From the sequence record OZ335959.1: a stretch of 64,000 bases of DNA. One strand, given 5' to 3'. Origin of the DNA: a phage. The notes below the pieces were generated by a model, which had not been told where the DNA came from, ran no database searches, and saw nothing but the letters and a program-made list of their open reading frames with translations. Position 1 is the stretch's first letter; every line of letters begins with the position of its first letter. The position numbers and the translations under genes were made by a program. Positions 1-13,450 of this stretch are shown piece by piece.

Positions 1-1833
<1,833 letters not shown>

Positions 1834-1864
1834 ATATATTAAAGCATATTAAAGAGGATTAAAA

Positions 1865-3844
1865 ATGACTTTATTATCTCCGGGCATTGAGCTCAAAGAA
1901 ACTACGGTTCAAAGCACCGTGGTTAATAACTCTACTGGTACAGCAGCTTTGGCCGGTAAATTCCAGTGGGGTCCTGCTTTTCAAATTAAACAGGTTACAA
2001 ATGAAGTAGATTTAGTTAATACTTTTGGTCAACCTACAGCTGAAACTGCTGACTATTTTATGTCTGCAATGAATTTCTTACAATACGGAAATGATTTGCG
2101 AGTTGTGCGTGCTGTCGATAGAGATACCGCTAAAAACTCATCTCCGATTGCCGGTAATATTGAATACACTATTTCTACCCCAGGTAGTAACTACGCGGTT
2201 GGAGATAAAATCACGGTTAAGTATGTTTCAGAAGATGTTGAAACAGAATGTAAAGTTACCGAAGTAGATGCTGATGGAAAAATTAAGAAAATTAATATTC
2301 CTACCGCAAAAATTATCGCTAAAGCGAAAGAAGTAGGCGAATATCCAGCATTAGGTTCTAACTGGACCGCGGAAATTTCTTCGTCTTCCTCTGGTTTAGC
2401 TGCAGTAATAACTCTTGGAAAAATTATTACTGATTCTGGTATTTTATTAGCTGAAATTGAAAATGCTGAAGCTGCTATGACAGCTGTTGACTTTCAAGCA
2501 AATCTCGAAAAATATGGAATTCCAGGAGTAGTAGCTCTTTATCCAGGCGAGTTGGGCGATAAAATCGAAATTGAAATCGTATCTAAAGCTGACTACGCAA
2601 AAGGTGCTTCTGCATTACTTCCAATTTATCCAGGTGGCGGAACACGCGCATCTACTGCCAAAGCAGTGTTTGGATATGGACCACAAACTGATTCACAATA
2701 CGCTATTATAGTTCGTCGCAACGATGCTATTGTTCAAAGCGTTGTTCTTTCGACAAAGCGAGGTGAAAAAGATATTTACGATAGTAACATCTATATTGAT
2801 GACTTTTTCGCAAAAGGTGGTTCAGAATATATTTTCGCAACTGCACAAAACTGGCCAGAAGGCTTCTCTGGAATTTTAACTCTGTCTGGTGGATTATCAT
2901 CAAATGCTGAAGTAACAGCAGGAGATTTGATGGAAGCTTGGGACTTCTTTGCTGACCGTGAATCTGTTGATGTTCAGTTGTTTATTGCGGGTTCTTGTGC
3001 CGGTGAATCTTTAGAAACAGCATCTACTGTCCAAAAACACGTCGTTTCAATTGGGGATGCTCGCCAAGATTGCTTAGTACTGTGCTCGCCACCGCGTGAA
3101 ACTGTAGTTGGAATTCCTGTAACTCGTGCTGTTGATAACTTAGTCAATTGGAGAACTGCAGCAGGTTCATACACTGATAATAACTTTAATATCAGTTCAA
3201 CCTATGCAGCAATTGATGGTAACTACAAATATCAGTATGACAAATATAATGATGTAAATCGTTGGGTTCCATTAGCAGCTGATATTGCCGGTTTATGTGC
3301 AAGAACCGATAACATTTCTCAGACTTGGATGTCTCCAGCTGGTTATAATCGTGGCCAGATTCTTAACGTTATTAAACTTGCTATTGAAACTCGTCAGGCG
3401 CAGCGCGACCGTTTATATCAAGAAGCTATCAACCCAGTAACTGGTACAGGTGGTGATGGTTACGTATTGTATGGTGATAAAACAGCTACTTCTGTTCCTT
3501 CTCCATTTGATCGTATTAACGTTCGTCGTCTGTTTAATATGTTGAAAACGAATATCGGACGTAGTTCAAAATATCGTTTGTTCGAATTAAACAACGCGTT
3601 TACTCGTTCATCGTTCCGCACAGAAACTTCCCAGTACTTGCAGGGAATTAAAGCTCTCGGTGGAATTTATGAATATCGTGTAGTTTGCGATACAACAAAT
3701 AACACTCCGTCAGTAATTGATAGAAATGAGTTTGTTGCAACATTCTACATCCAACCGGCGCGCAGTATAAATTATATTACTTTGAATTTCGTCGCAACTG
3801 CTACTGGTGCAGACTTCGATGAGTTAACTGGTCTTGCAGGTTAA
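1865..3844 (+). CDS. 18: Contractile tail sheath protein, 659 aa
   Basis: N-terminus MTLLSPGIELKETTVQ and length match T4 gp18; GAGG ribosome-binding site upstream. Confidence 0.95.
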   Translation: MTLLSPGIELKETTVQSTVVNNSTGTAALAGKFQWGPAFQIKQVTNEVDLVNTFGQPTAETADYFMSAMNFLQYGNDLRVVRAVDRDTAKNSSPIAGNIEYTISTPGSNYAVGDKITVKYVSEDVETECKVTEVDADGKIKKINIPTAKIIAKAKEVGEYPALGSNWTAEISSSSSGLAAVITLGKIITDSGILLAEIENAEAAMTAVDFQANLEKYGIPGVVALYPGELGDKIEIEIVSKADYAKGASALLPIYPGGGTRASTAKAVFGYGPQTDSQYAIIVRRNDAIVQSVVLSTKRGEKDIYDSNIYIDDFFAKGGSEYIFATAQNWPEGFSGILTLSGGLSSNAEVTAGDLMEAWDFFADRESVDVQLFIAGSCAGESLETASTVQKHVVSIGDARQDCLVLCSPPRETVVGIPVTRAVDNLVNWRTAAGSYTDNNFNISSTYAAIDGNYKYQYDKYNDVNRWVPLAADIAGLCARTDNISQTWMSPAGYNRGQILNVIKLAIETRQAQRDRLYQEAINPVTGTGGDGYVLYGDKTATSVPSPFDRINVRRLFNMLKTNIGRSSKYRLFELNNAFTRSSFRTETSQYLQGIKALGGIYEYRVVCDTTNNTPSVIDRNEFVATFYIQPARSINYITLNFVATATGADFDELTGLAG

Positions 3845-3852
3845 TTGATTAT

Positions 3853-3866
3853 GGGGCTTCGGCCCC
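3853..3866 (+). terminator. GC hairpin GGGGC-UUCG-GCCCC immediately after gene 18 (RNA stability element or weak terminator)
   Basis: Perfect 5-bp GC stem with UUCG tetraloop. Confidence 0.5.
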
Positions 3867-3883
3867 TATTCTCGAGGAAACAA

Positions 3884-4501
3884 GTGATTATTTCTAAGTT
3901 TGTTAAAGTGAAAATTGTACCATCAAATTTTAAACATTATCAATCAAAGGGTTATAAATTAACACCTCTTGGAGCGGTTAAACATGGATTTAGGTATTAT
4001 GATATTGATGTTAAAGTTGAAGACATTAAAGGTAATACCGCGTATGTAAAATGCCGTTGCGATAAATGTGGAATTGAATATAACCAACGCATTGGAAGAA
4101 ACACTGATATTTGTCGTGATTGCCGTCATAAAGATAAAATGCGCAATAATTCATATGGTTCCGCGAATAAAGGAAAAACAGTAGAATGTATGCATGGCGT
4201 AAATCATCCAAGATGGAACCCAAATAAATCTGAAATGCGTGAATATATTTCATTGGTATATAAAGAAACTCGTAAGCATAAGAAAATTTGGTCAAAATGG
4301 CCAAATGCTGATAAAATAGGAGTGTGCGGTACAAAAGGTGCTTACCAACTTGATCATAAGGTATCTATCAAATACGGTTTTGATAATTTAATTCCTGCTG
4401 AAATAATTGGCGGTATTAATAATTTAGAAATAATCACTTGGGAATCTAACCGAGAAAAATCAAAAAGAAATAGTGTAGATCTTTGGGATTTACTAGAATG
4501 A
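3884..4501 (+). CDS. HNH-family (HNH_3-like) endonuclease-like protein with N-terminal Cys4 zinc-ribbon-like motif, about 205 aa; start uncertain (GTG 3884 with GAGGAA RBS, or ATG 3851)
   Basis: C-terminal LDHKVS...GGINNLEIITWESNREKSKRN resembles the HNH_3 motif; CRCDKCG...CRDCRH Cys pairs; the ORF-track TTG start at 3845 reads through a GC hairpin. Confidence 0.6.
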   Translation: MIISKFVKVKIVPSNFKHYQSKGYKLTPLGAVKHGFRYYDIDVKVEDIKGNTAYVKCRCDKCGIEYNQRIGRNTDICRDCRHKDKMRNNSYGSANKGKTVECMHGVNHPRWNPNKSEMREYISLVYKETRKHKKIWSKWPNADKIGVCGTKGAYQLDHKVSIKYGFDNLIPAEIIGGINNLEIITWESNREKSKRNSVDLWDLLE

Positions 4502-4508
4502 TTCTAAA

Positions 4509-4526
4509 GGCCTGTTTCGGCAGGCC
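4509..4526 (+). terminator. Hairpin GGCCUG-UUUCGG-CAGGCC after the HNH ORF
   Basis: 6-bp stem. Confidence 0.45.
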
Positions 4527-4527
4527 A

Positions 4528-4535
4528 TATAAATA
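4528..4535 (+). promoter_or_regulatory. T4-type late promoter (TATAAATA) upstream of gene 19
   Basis: Exact TATAAATA. Confidence 0.5.
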
Positions 4536-4586
4536 CACTATATCCTTAATTCTTTAATTCTATATGCCCTAGGTTAAACACAGGGA

Positions 4587-4594
4587 TATAAATA
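4587..4594 (+). promoter_or_regulatory. T4-type late promoter (TATAAATA) upstream of gene 19
   Basis: Exact TATAAATA 15 nt before the ATG. Confidence 0.55.
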
Positions 4595-4608
4595 CTACAG
4601 AGGCTAAT

Positions 4609-5100
4609 ATGTTTGTAGATGATGTAACACGAGCGTTTGAATCTGGTGATTTTGCTCGACCTAACTTATTCCAAGTAGAAATTTCTTATCTTGGACAAAA
4701 TTTTACGTTTCAATGTAAAGCAACTGCTTTACCAGCTGGTATTGTAGAAAAAATTCCAGTCGGATTTATGAACCGTAAAATTAACGTAGCAGGCGATCGT
4801 ACATTCGATGACTGGACTATTACAGTAATGAACGATGAGGCACATGATGCTCGTCAGAAGTTTGTTGATTGGCAAAGCATTGCCGCTGGGCAGGGGAACG
4901 AAATTACTGGTGGAAAACCAGCAGAGTATAAAAAGAGCGCTATTGTTCGCCAATATGCTCGTGACGCTAAAACTGTAACAAAAGAAGTCGAAATTAAAGG
5001 CCTGTGGCCTACTAACGTGGGTGAACTTCAATTAGATTGGGATTCAAACAATGAAATCCAAACCTTTGAAGTAACTCTTGCTCTCGATTATTGGGAATAA
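4609..5100 (+). CDS. 19: Tail tube protein, 163 aa
   Basis: Matches recalled T4 gp19 sequence and length; late promoter motifs and RBS upstream. Confidence 0.95.
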   Translation: MFVDDVTRAFESGDFARPNLFQVEISYLGQNFTFQCKATALPAGIVEKIPVGFMNRKINVAGDRTFDDWTITVMNDEAHDARQKFVDWQSIAAGQGNEITGGKPAEYKKSAIVRQYARDAKTVTKEVEIKGLWPTNVGELQLDWDSNNEIQTFEVTLALDYWE

Positions 5101-5106
5101 AATGAA

Positions 5107-5122
5107 TGGGGAGAAATCCCCA
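5107..5122 (+). terminator. Hairpin UGGGGA-GAAA-UCCCCA after gene 19
   Basis: GNRA tetraloop. Confidence 0.45.
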
Positions 5123-5132
5123 TCCTGCTTAA

Positions 5133-6757
<1,625 letters not shown>

Positions 6758-6758
<1 letters not shown>

Positions 6759-7015
6759 TGGAAGGTTTAATTGAAGCTATTAAATCAAACGACCTCGTAG
6801 CCGCTCGTAAATTCTTTGCTGAAGCCATGGCTGCAAGAACGATTGATTTAATTAAAGAAGAAAAAATCGCTATCGCTCGTAATTTCTTAATCGAAGGTGA
6901 AGAACCTGATGATGAGGATGACGAAGACGAGGATGATGACGAAGATAGCGATGATAACGACGACAAAAAAGACAAAGACACTGACGAAGATGACGAAGAC
7001 GAGGATGATGAATAA
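6758..7015 (+). CDS. 67: Prohead core protein with acidic C-terminal tract, 85 aa
   Basis: Synteny between 20 and 68; D/E-rich tail; TAATG overlap with gene 20 stop. Confidence 0.85.
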
Positions 7016-7440
7016 TGCTTCTGATCCCTGAAACTCATGAATTAGTTCTCGAGAATGTCGAAGCACTTATTCCTGAAGCACAGGGTCGCTTTGACGAATT
7101 GTCTTCTGCTTTAAATAAAGACGATATAAATACAATTGTCGAGAATATGCTTGATGATGAAACTGATTTAGCGATTGCATTAGCTTCTATTAATGAAGAT
7201 ATGCCGCTAAACGAATTCATCGTTAAACATGTTTCTGCTCGTGGTGAAATTACACGTACTAAAGACCGCAAGACGCGTGAACGTAATGCATTTCAAACCA
7301 CCGGGCTGTCTAAAGCAAAACGTAGACAAATTGCTCGCAAAGCTACCAAAACGAAGATTGCCAATCCAGCAGGTCAATCTCGTGCTCAGCGTAAGCGTAA
7401 AAAAGCTCTTAAACGCCGTAAAGCATTAGGATTAAGCTAA
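7015..7440 (+). CDS. 68: Prohead core protein, 141 aa
   Basis: Synteny and size as in T4; basic C-terminus. Confidence 0.8.
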   Translation: MLLIPETHELVLENVEALIPEAQGRFDELSSALNKDDINTIVENMLDDETDLAIALASINEDMPLNEFIVKHVSARGEITRTKDRKTRERNAFQTTGLSKAKRRQIARKATKTKIANPAGQSRAQRKRKKALKRRKALGLS

Positions 7441-8078
7441 TGAATGAACCCCAATTACTAATTGAAACTTGGGGTCAACCTGGCGAAATTATTGATGGCG
7501 TGCCAATGCTTGAATCTCATGATGGAAAAGACCTAGGTTTAAAACCTGGTTTATACATCGAAGGAATATTCATGCAAGCGGAAGTCGTCAATAGAAATAA
7601 ACGTCTTTATCCAAAACGCATATTAGAAAAAGCGGTAAAAGACTATATCAATGAGCAAGTTTTAACTAAACAAGCTCTCGGAGAATTAAATCATCCTCCA
7701 CGCGCTAATGTTGACCCGATGCAAGCCGCTATCATTATAGAAGATATGTGGTGGAAAGGAAATGACGTATACGGACGAGCTCGTGTTATTGAAGGTGACC
7801 ATGGTCCTGGAGATAAATTAGCAGCTAATATTCGTGCCGGATGGATTCCAGGAGTTTCTTCTCGTGGATTAGGTTCATTGACTGACACAAATAAAGGTTA
7901 TCGTATCGTAAACGAAGGATTCAAATTAACTGTAGGTGTTGATGCAGTATGGGGTCCAAGTGCTCCAGATGCATGGGTAACTCCTAAGGAAATTACCGAA
8001 TCACAAACGGCGGAAGCCGATACAAGTGCCGATGACGCCTATATGGCTCTCGCAGAGGCCATGAAAAAAGCGTTATAA
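7440..8078 (+). CDS. 21: Prohead core protease, 212 aa
   Basis: Length and position match T4 gp21. Confidence 0.9.
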   Translation: MNEPQLLIETWGQPGEIIDGVPMLESHDGKDLGLKPGLYIEGIFMQAEVVNRNKRLYPKRILEKAVKDYINEQVLTKQALGELNHPPRANVDPMQAAIIIEDMWWKGNDVYGRARVIEGDHGPGDKLAANIRAGWIPGVSSRGLGSLTDTNKGYRIVNEGFKLTVGVDAVWGPSAPDAWVTPKEITESQTAEADTSADDAYMALAEAMKKAL

Positions 8079-8108
8079 ATATTATTATCTAAACAACAGG
8101 ACTACAAA

Positions 8109-8918
8109 ATGCTTAAAGAACAACTGATTGCTGAAGCGCAAAAAATTGATGCTTCCGTTGCTCTTGATAGTATTTTCGAATCAGTTAATATTTCTCCGGA
8201 AGCAAAAGAAACTTTCGGCACTGTATTCGAAGCTACCGTCAAGCAGCACGCCGTTAAATTAGCTGAATCTCATATCGCTAAAATTGCTGAAAAAGCAGAA
8301 GAAGAAGTAGAAAAAAATAAAGAAGAAGCCGAAGAAAAAGCTGAGAAGAAAATCGCTGAGCAAGCTTCTAAATTCATCGACCATCTTGCGAAAGAATGGC
8401 TCGCTGAAAATAAATTAGCAGTTGATAAAGGCATCAAAGCCGAACTGTTTGAATCCATGCTTGGTGGATTAAAAGAGCTCTTTGTTGAACACAACGTCGT
8501 TGTTCCAGAAGAATCAGTTGATGTTGTAGCTGAAATGGAAGAAGAGCTGCAAGAACATAAAGAAGAATCAGCTCGTCTGTTCGAAGAACTCAATATGCGC
8601 GACGCATATATCAATTATGTGCAGCGTGAAGTGGCATTGAGCGAAAGTACTAAAGATCTGACTGAGTCTCAAAAAGAAAAAGTCTCTGCTCTGGTCGAAG
8701 GTATGGATTATTCAGATGCATTCTCAAGTAAATTGAGTGCCATCGTAGAAATGGTGAAGAAGTCTAATAAAGATGAAAGCACTATTACTGAGGGTATAAA
8801 TACTCCTGATACTGAAGCAGCCGGACTGAATTTCGTCACTGAAGCTGTAGAAGATAAAACTGCACCTGGTGCAGAAGATATTGTAAGTGTATATGCGAAA
8901 GTCGCATCTCGTTTTTAA
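8109..8918 (+). CDS. 22: Prohead core scaffold protein, 269 aa
   Basis: Acidic coiled-coil-rich protein; length and position match T4 gp22. Confidence 0.9.
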   Translation: MLKEQLIAEAQKIDASVALDSIFESVNISPEAKETFGTVFEATVKQHAVKLAESHIAKIAEKAEEEVEKNKEEAEEKAEKKIAEQASKFIDHLAKEWLAENKLAVDKGIKAELFESMLGGLKELFVEHNVVVPEESVDVVAEMEEELQEHKEESARLFEELNMRDAYINYVQREVALSESTKDLTESQKEKVSALVEGMDYSDAFSSKLSAIVEMVKKSNKDESTITEGINTPDTEAAGLNFVTEAVEDKTAPGAEDIVSVYAKVASRF

Positions 8919-8936
8919 TTTTAAAGGTTAACACAA

Positions 8937-10502
8937 ATGACTATCAAAACTAAAGCTGAACTTTTGAACAAATGGAAGCCATTACTGGAAGGTGAAGGTT
9001 TACCGGAAATTGCTAATAGCAAACAAGCGATTATCGCTAAAATCTTTGAAAACCAGGAAAAAGATTTCCAGACAGCTCCAGAATACAAAGACGAAAAAAT
9101 CGCTCAGGCGTTCGGTTCTTTCTTAACAGAAGCTGAAATCGGTGGTGACCACGGTTACAACGCTACTAACATCGCTGCTGGTCAAACTTCTGGCGCAGTA
9201 ACTCAGATTGGCCCAGCTGTTATGGGTATGGTACGTCGTGCTATTCCTAACCTGATTGCTTTCGATATTTGCGGTGTTCAGCCGATGAACAGCCCGACTG
9301 GTCAGGTATTCGCCCTGCGCGCAGTATATGGTAAAGACCCAATCGCTGCCGGCGCTAAAGAAGCATTCCACCCAATGTATGGTCCAGATGCAATGTTCTC
9401 TGGTCAGGGTGCTGCTAAGAAATTCACAGCTCTGGCTGCTAGCACACAAACCACAGTAGGTGATATCTATACTCACTTCTTCCAGGACACTGGTACTGTG
9501 TATCTGCAGGCTTCTGCTCAAGTAACAATTAGTTCTACTGCAGATGATGCAGCTAAATTAGATGCTGAAATTAAGAAACAAATGGAAGCTGGCGTACTGG
9601 TAGAAATTGCTGAAGGTATGGCTACTTCTATCGCTGAACTCCAGGAAGGTTTCAACGGTTCTACCGATAACCCATGGAATGAAATGGGCTTCCGTATCGA
9701 TAAACAAGTTATCGAAGCTAAATCTCGTCAGCTGAAAGCTGCTTACTCTATCGAATTAGCACAAGACCTCCGCGCTGTTCACGGTATGGATGCTGATGCT
9801 GAACTGTCTGGTATTCTGGCTACCGAAATCATGCTGGAAATCAACCGTGAAGTTGTTGATTGGATTAACTACTCAGCTCAGGTTGGTAAATCTGGTATGA
9901 CCCTGACTCCGGGTTCTAAAGCTGGTGTGTTTGACTTCCAGGATCCGATTGATATTCGTGGTGCTCGCTGGGCGGGTGAATCCTTTAAAGCTCTGTTGTT
10001 CCAGATTGACAAAGAAGCAGTTGAAATTGCTCGTCAGACCGGTCGTGGTGAAGGTAACTTCATTATCGCTTCCCGTAACGTAGTTAACGTTCTGGCTTCA
10101 GTTGATACTGGCATTTCTTATGCTGCACAGGGTCTGGCTACCGGCTTTAACACTGATACTACCAAGTCAGTATTTGCTGGTGTTCTGGGTGGTAAATACC
10201 GTGTATATATCGACCAGTATGCTAAACAGGATTATTTCACTGTAGGTTATAAAGGTCCGAACGAAATGGATGCTGGTATTTACTACGCTCCATATGTAGC
10301 TCTGACTCCGCTGCGTGGTTCCGATCCGAAGAACTTCCAACCAGTAATGGGATTCAAAACTCGTTACGGTATCGGTATCAACCCATTTGCAGAATCCGCT
10401 GCTCAGGCTCCGGCTTCTCGCATCCAGAGCGGTATGCCTTCTATTCTGAATAGCCTTGGTAAAAACGCTTACTTCCGCCGTGTATATGTTAAAGGTATCT
10501 AA
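8937..10502 (+). CDS. 23: Major capsid protein, 521 aa
   Basis: Length and sequence match T4 gp23; strong terminator downstream. Confidence 0.97.
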   Translation: MTIKTKAELLNKWKPLLEGEGLPEIANSKQAIIAKIFENQEKDFQTAPEYKDEKIAQAFGSFLTEAEIGGDHGYNATNIAAGQTSGAVTQIGPAVMGMVRRAIPNLIAFDICGVQPMNSPTGQVFALRAVYGKDPIAAGAKEAFHPMYGPDAMFSGQGAAKKFTALAASTQTTVGDIYTHFFQDTGTVYLQASAQVTISSTADDAAKLDAEIKKQMEAGVLVEIAEGMATSIAELQEGFNGSTDNPWNEMGFRIDKQVIEAKSRQLKAAYSIELAQDLRAVHGMDADAELSGILATEIMLEINREVVDWINYSAQVGKSGMTLTPGSKAGVFDFQDPIDIRGARWAGESFKALLFQIDKEAVEIARQTGRGEGNFIIASRNVVNVLASVDTGISYAAQGLATGFNTDTTKSVFAGVLGGKYRVYIDQYAKQDYFTVGYKGPNEMDAGIYYAPYVALTPLRGSDPKNFQPVMGFKTRYGIGINPFAESAAQAPASRIQSGMPSILNSLGKNAYFRRVYVKGI

Positions 10503-10517
10503 TCTTTGACGATTTAA

Positions 10518-10546
10518 GGGACCTTCGGGTCCCTTTAGTTGTTTTT
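10518..10546 (+). terminator. Rho-independent terminator after gene 23
   Basis: GGGACC-UUCG-GGUCCC followed by TTTAGTTGTTTTT. Confidence 0.7.
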
Positions 10547-10550
10547 ATGG

Positions 10551-10558
10551 TATAAATA
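10551..10558 (+). promoter_or_regulatory. T4-type late promoter upstream of gene 24
   Basis: Exact TATAAATA after the gene 23 terminator. Confidence 0.55.
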
Positions 10559-10585
10559 AATCATATAAACCAAAAGGAAAGCGCA

Positions 10586-11869
10586 ATGGCTAAAATCAAC
10601 GAACTTCTGCGCGAATCAACCACAACGAATAGCAACTCAATCGGTCGCCCAAATCTCGTTGCTTTGACTCGCGCTACCACTAAATTAATATATTCTGACA
10701 TTGTAGCAACGCAAAGAACTAATCAACCTGTTGCTGCTTTTTATGGTATCAAATACCTTAACCCAGATAACGAATTTACATTTAAAACTGGTGCTACTTA
10801 CGCCGGCGAAGCTGGGTATGTAGACCGAGAACAAATCACAGAATTAACAGAAGAGTCTAAATTAACTCTCAATAAAGGCGATTTATTCAAATATAATAAT
10901 ATCGTTTATAAAGTATTAGAAGATACACCATTTGCTGATATTGAAGAAAGCGATTTAGAATTAGCTCTTCAGATTGCAATCGTTCTTTTAAAGGTTCGTC
11001 TATTTTCTGATGCTGCAGTAACAAGCAAATTTGAAAGCTCTGATAGTGAAATTGCGGATGCTAGATTCCAGATTAATAAATGGCAAACCGCAGTTAAATC
11101 TCGTAAACTTAAAACTGGCATCACAGTCGAATTAGCACAAGATTTAGAAGCAAATGGATTCGATGCTCCTAATTTCTTGGAAGATTTGCTTGCAACTGAA
11201 ATGGCGGATGAAATCAATAAAGATATTCTACAGTCTTTGATTACAGTATCAAAACGCTATAAAGTTACAGGAATTACTGATACTGGATTCATTGATTTGA
11301 GTTATGCATCTGCACCTGAAGCTGGTCGTTCATTATACCGAATGGTGTGTGAAATGGTTTCACATATCCAGAAAGAATCAACTTATACAGCAACGTTCTG
11401 TGTTGCTTCAGCTCGCGCCGCTGCGATTCTTGCTGCATCAGGTTGGTTAAAACATAAACCAGAAGATGACAAATATCTTTCACAAAATGCCTACGGGTTC
11501 TTAGCTAATGGTTTACCGCTTTATTGCGATACCAACAGCCCATTGGATTATGTAATCGTGGGTGTAGTAGAAAATATTGGTGAAAAAGAAATTGTTGGAT
11601 CAATTTTCTATGCTCCGTATACAGAAGGCCTTGACTTAGATGACCCTGAACATGTAGGTGCATTTAAAGTTGTAGTTGATCCAGAAAGTTTGCAGCCATC
11701 TATCGGTTTATTAGTTAGATATGCTTTATCTGCAAATCCTTACACTGTAGCAAAAGATGAAAAAGAAGCAAGAGTAATTGACGGTGGAGACATGGATAAA
11801 ATGGCGGGTCGTTCAGATTTGTCTGTTTTATTAGGTGTTAAGCTACCAAAAATTATCATTGATGAATAA
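10586..11869 (+). CDS. 24: Capsid vertex protein, 427 aa
   Basis: gp23 paralog; length and position match T4 gp24; TATAAATA upstream. Confidence 0.95.
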   Translation: MAKINELLRESTTTNSNSIGRPNLVALTRATTKLIYSDIVATQRTNQPVAAFYGIKYLNPDNEFTFKTGATYAGEAGYVDREQITELTEESKLTLNKGDLFKYNNIVYKVLEDTPFADIEESDLELALQIAIVLLKVRLFSDAAVTSKFESSDSEIADARFQINKWQTAVKSRKLKTGITVELAQDLEANGFDAPNFLEDLLATEMADEINKDILQSLITVSKRYKVTGITDTGFIDLSYASAPEAGRSLYRMVCEMVSHIQKESTYTATFCVASARAAAILAASGWLKHKPEDDKYLSQNAYGFLANGLPLYCDTNSPLDYVIVGVVENIGEKEIVGSIFYAPYTEGLDLDDPEHVGAFKVVVDPESLQPSIGLLVRYALSANPYTVAKDEKEARVIDGGDMDKMAGRSDLSVLLGVKLPKIIIDE

Positions 11870-11891
11870 AACAAAGGGACCTTTCGGTCCC
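11861..11891. terminator. Bidirectional terminator between gene 24 (+) and rnlB (-)
   Basis: GGGACC-UUUC-GGUCCC with T runs on both strands. Confidence 0.65.
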
Positions 11892-11898
11892 TTTTTAT

Positions 11899-12903
11899 TT
11901 AACTTACCAATTCAATCCAAGCCGGACGAAGTACATCTTGTACCATTTTAACTAATTCCTTCTTAATCAAAGAAGGATTATCCGCTTGAATTAGAGTAAT
12001 ACCTTCACGAGAAGTTTCTTCCAAAATATCTTGAACAGTTAGTCCCATCACCTTTCCAAAATCTTTTGGACCAATTTCGCCAATTTTAGAAATAACGTTA
12101 TTTACTCGGTTCAGTGTAACGTAACAAGCTAAAATTCCCACCAATTTGTTATCAGCTTCTGACAGTTCAACTTTAGCTTTAATAGGCTTATCAGACTTTT
12201 TCTTTTCACTAAATTTAGAGTTCTTGCATTTGATGGCTACACGATTGCGATTAGGCAGCCAAGAAGGATAACAAGGTTTCAATACATATCCTTCAGCGGT
12301 AAATACTTCGCCTTTTGCTTCGGCATTCCAAACGCATTTATTTGCATCAACTAATCCAGCGTGGTCTACCGTAAAATTATAATCTTGGACGACGGAATCT
12401 AAATCATTTGGCAATTTAATAAGTTCTTCAAATTTACCGCGACCTAAAAGTGGAGCCATTTTAAATTTAAATGTATTGCAGAATGATTCCATCATATAAT
12501 CATCGACATAAGTCACATCACCACTTTCTGTAGTAACAATAATGTCAAATACATAAAAATCTTTATCGCCATAATCGACATTCTTCTGAATGCCAGGTCC
12601 GGCGAATTCACCGAAGACTTGATAAGATACAACCGCTGAAGTTTCCATAATATCTTGTACTGCTTTAATGGAATCAGCGTAATTCTTCAAAATAATTTCA
12701 TACCCAAAGAAATCTTCAGCAGGAAGAATAGGACCAGTTCGTTTAGCACAAGTTACTTTATCACGCTCAATAATCAATGAGAAATTTGTGCCATGAATCT
12801 TTTCACGAGCTACCCATTCGCCGCCAGTCAATCCTAAACTGTAAAGTTTTTCAATAAATTTAGAGTTGTAATGATTTTCAAGACTGCTATACTTTTTAAA
12901 CAT
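11899..12903 (-). CDS. rnlB: RNA ligase 2, 334 aa
   Basis: N-terminus [16 protein letters not shown] and KIHGTN nucleotidyl-lysine motif match T4 Rnl2. Confidence 0.9.
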   Translation of the reverse strand: MFKKYSSLENHYNSKFIEKLYSLGLTGGEWVAREKIHGTNFSLIIERDKVTCAKRTGPILPAEDFFGYEIILKNYADSIKAVQDIMETSAVVSYQVFGEFAGPGIQKNVDYGDKDFYVFDIIVTTESGDVTYVDDYMMESFCNTFKFKMAPLLGRGKFEELIKLPNDLDSVVQDYNFTVDHAGLVDANKCVWNAEAKGEVFTAEGYVLKPCYPSWLPNRNRVAIKCKNSKFSEKKKSDKPIKAKVELSEADNKLVGILACYVTLNRVNNVISKIGEIGPKDFGKVMGLTVQDILEETSREGITLIQADNPSLIKKELVKMVQDVLRPAWIELVS

Positions 12904-12912
12904 AATTAATCC

Positions 12913-13191
12913 TCAAAATGTAATTTCTAACCAATCACCATCACGCTGATCACTATTGACTTTAAAGCTAAATCCTTCTTTTCTCAGCCAATCACCAATT
13001 TCTTCAGTAATCAATTTATCGCGAGCAGTACAATAATAACTAAAATATGTTTTACCTTGTTCAGCTGCTTTATTAGCAAGTTCCGAAAAATCTTTAATAA
13101 AACACTCTAGCTTAAACTGTTTACTTTTAAGTGCTTTTTCGCGTAATCGATTAGCAAAAGATTCATTTTCATAAAGATCATACTGTTCCAT
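12913..13191 (-). CDS. Hypothetical protein (T4 24.2 position), 92 aa
   Basis: ATG start, compact spacing, synteny. Confidence 0.6.
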   Translation of the reverse strand: MEQYDLYENESFANRLREKALKSKQFKLECFIKDFSELANKAAEQGKTYFSYYCTARDKLITEEIGDWLRKEGFSFKVNSDQRDGDWLEITF

Positions 13192-13393
13192 TTTTCACCT
13201 TTTTATTAATATGTCTTTTTCTATAGACAACTTTTTCTCGAGTTTCAAATTTATTCTTAGCAGTCATAGCTCGAGCCCATAATACAGCCACTTCCTTTGC
13301 CTGTAAGTTTAATTCACGAGCAATTTCAATGAATGACTTTCCAGACTCATGAAGAGTAAACACCACAACCTCAGTTCTCATAATCAATCTCAT
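13178..13393 (-). CDS. Small hypothetical protein with possible helix-turn-helix (T4 24.3 position), 71 aa
   Basis: Segment GKSFIEIARELNLQAKEV resembles an HTH; ATG start. Confidence 0.5.
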   Translation of the reverse strand: MRLIMRTEVVVFTLHESGKSFIEIARELNLQAKEVAVLWARAMTAKNKFETREKVVYRKRHINKKVKNGTV

Positions 13394-13450
13394 GTTATCG
13401 AGTTGGTGCCATTATATACATCATTTTCTGAGTGTGTTTTGTGTGCTTTC

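Noticed and set aside
3845-3883. ORF-track TTG start giving MIMGLRPLF... (the same GLRP artefact occurs at 33980-34030)
   Set aside because: These codons translate the GC hairpin; a downstream GTG or ATG with a GAGGAA ribosome-binding site is more plausible.
8270-8614. 114-aa antisense ORF inside gene 22 (similar cases at 9123-9521, 10969-11217, 11289-11483)
   Set aside because: Entirely within well-supported structural genes on the opposite strand; Ser/Ala-rich low-complexity translations.
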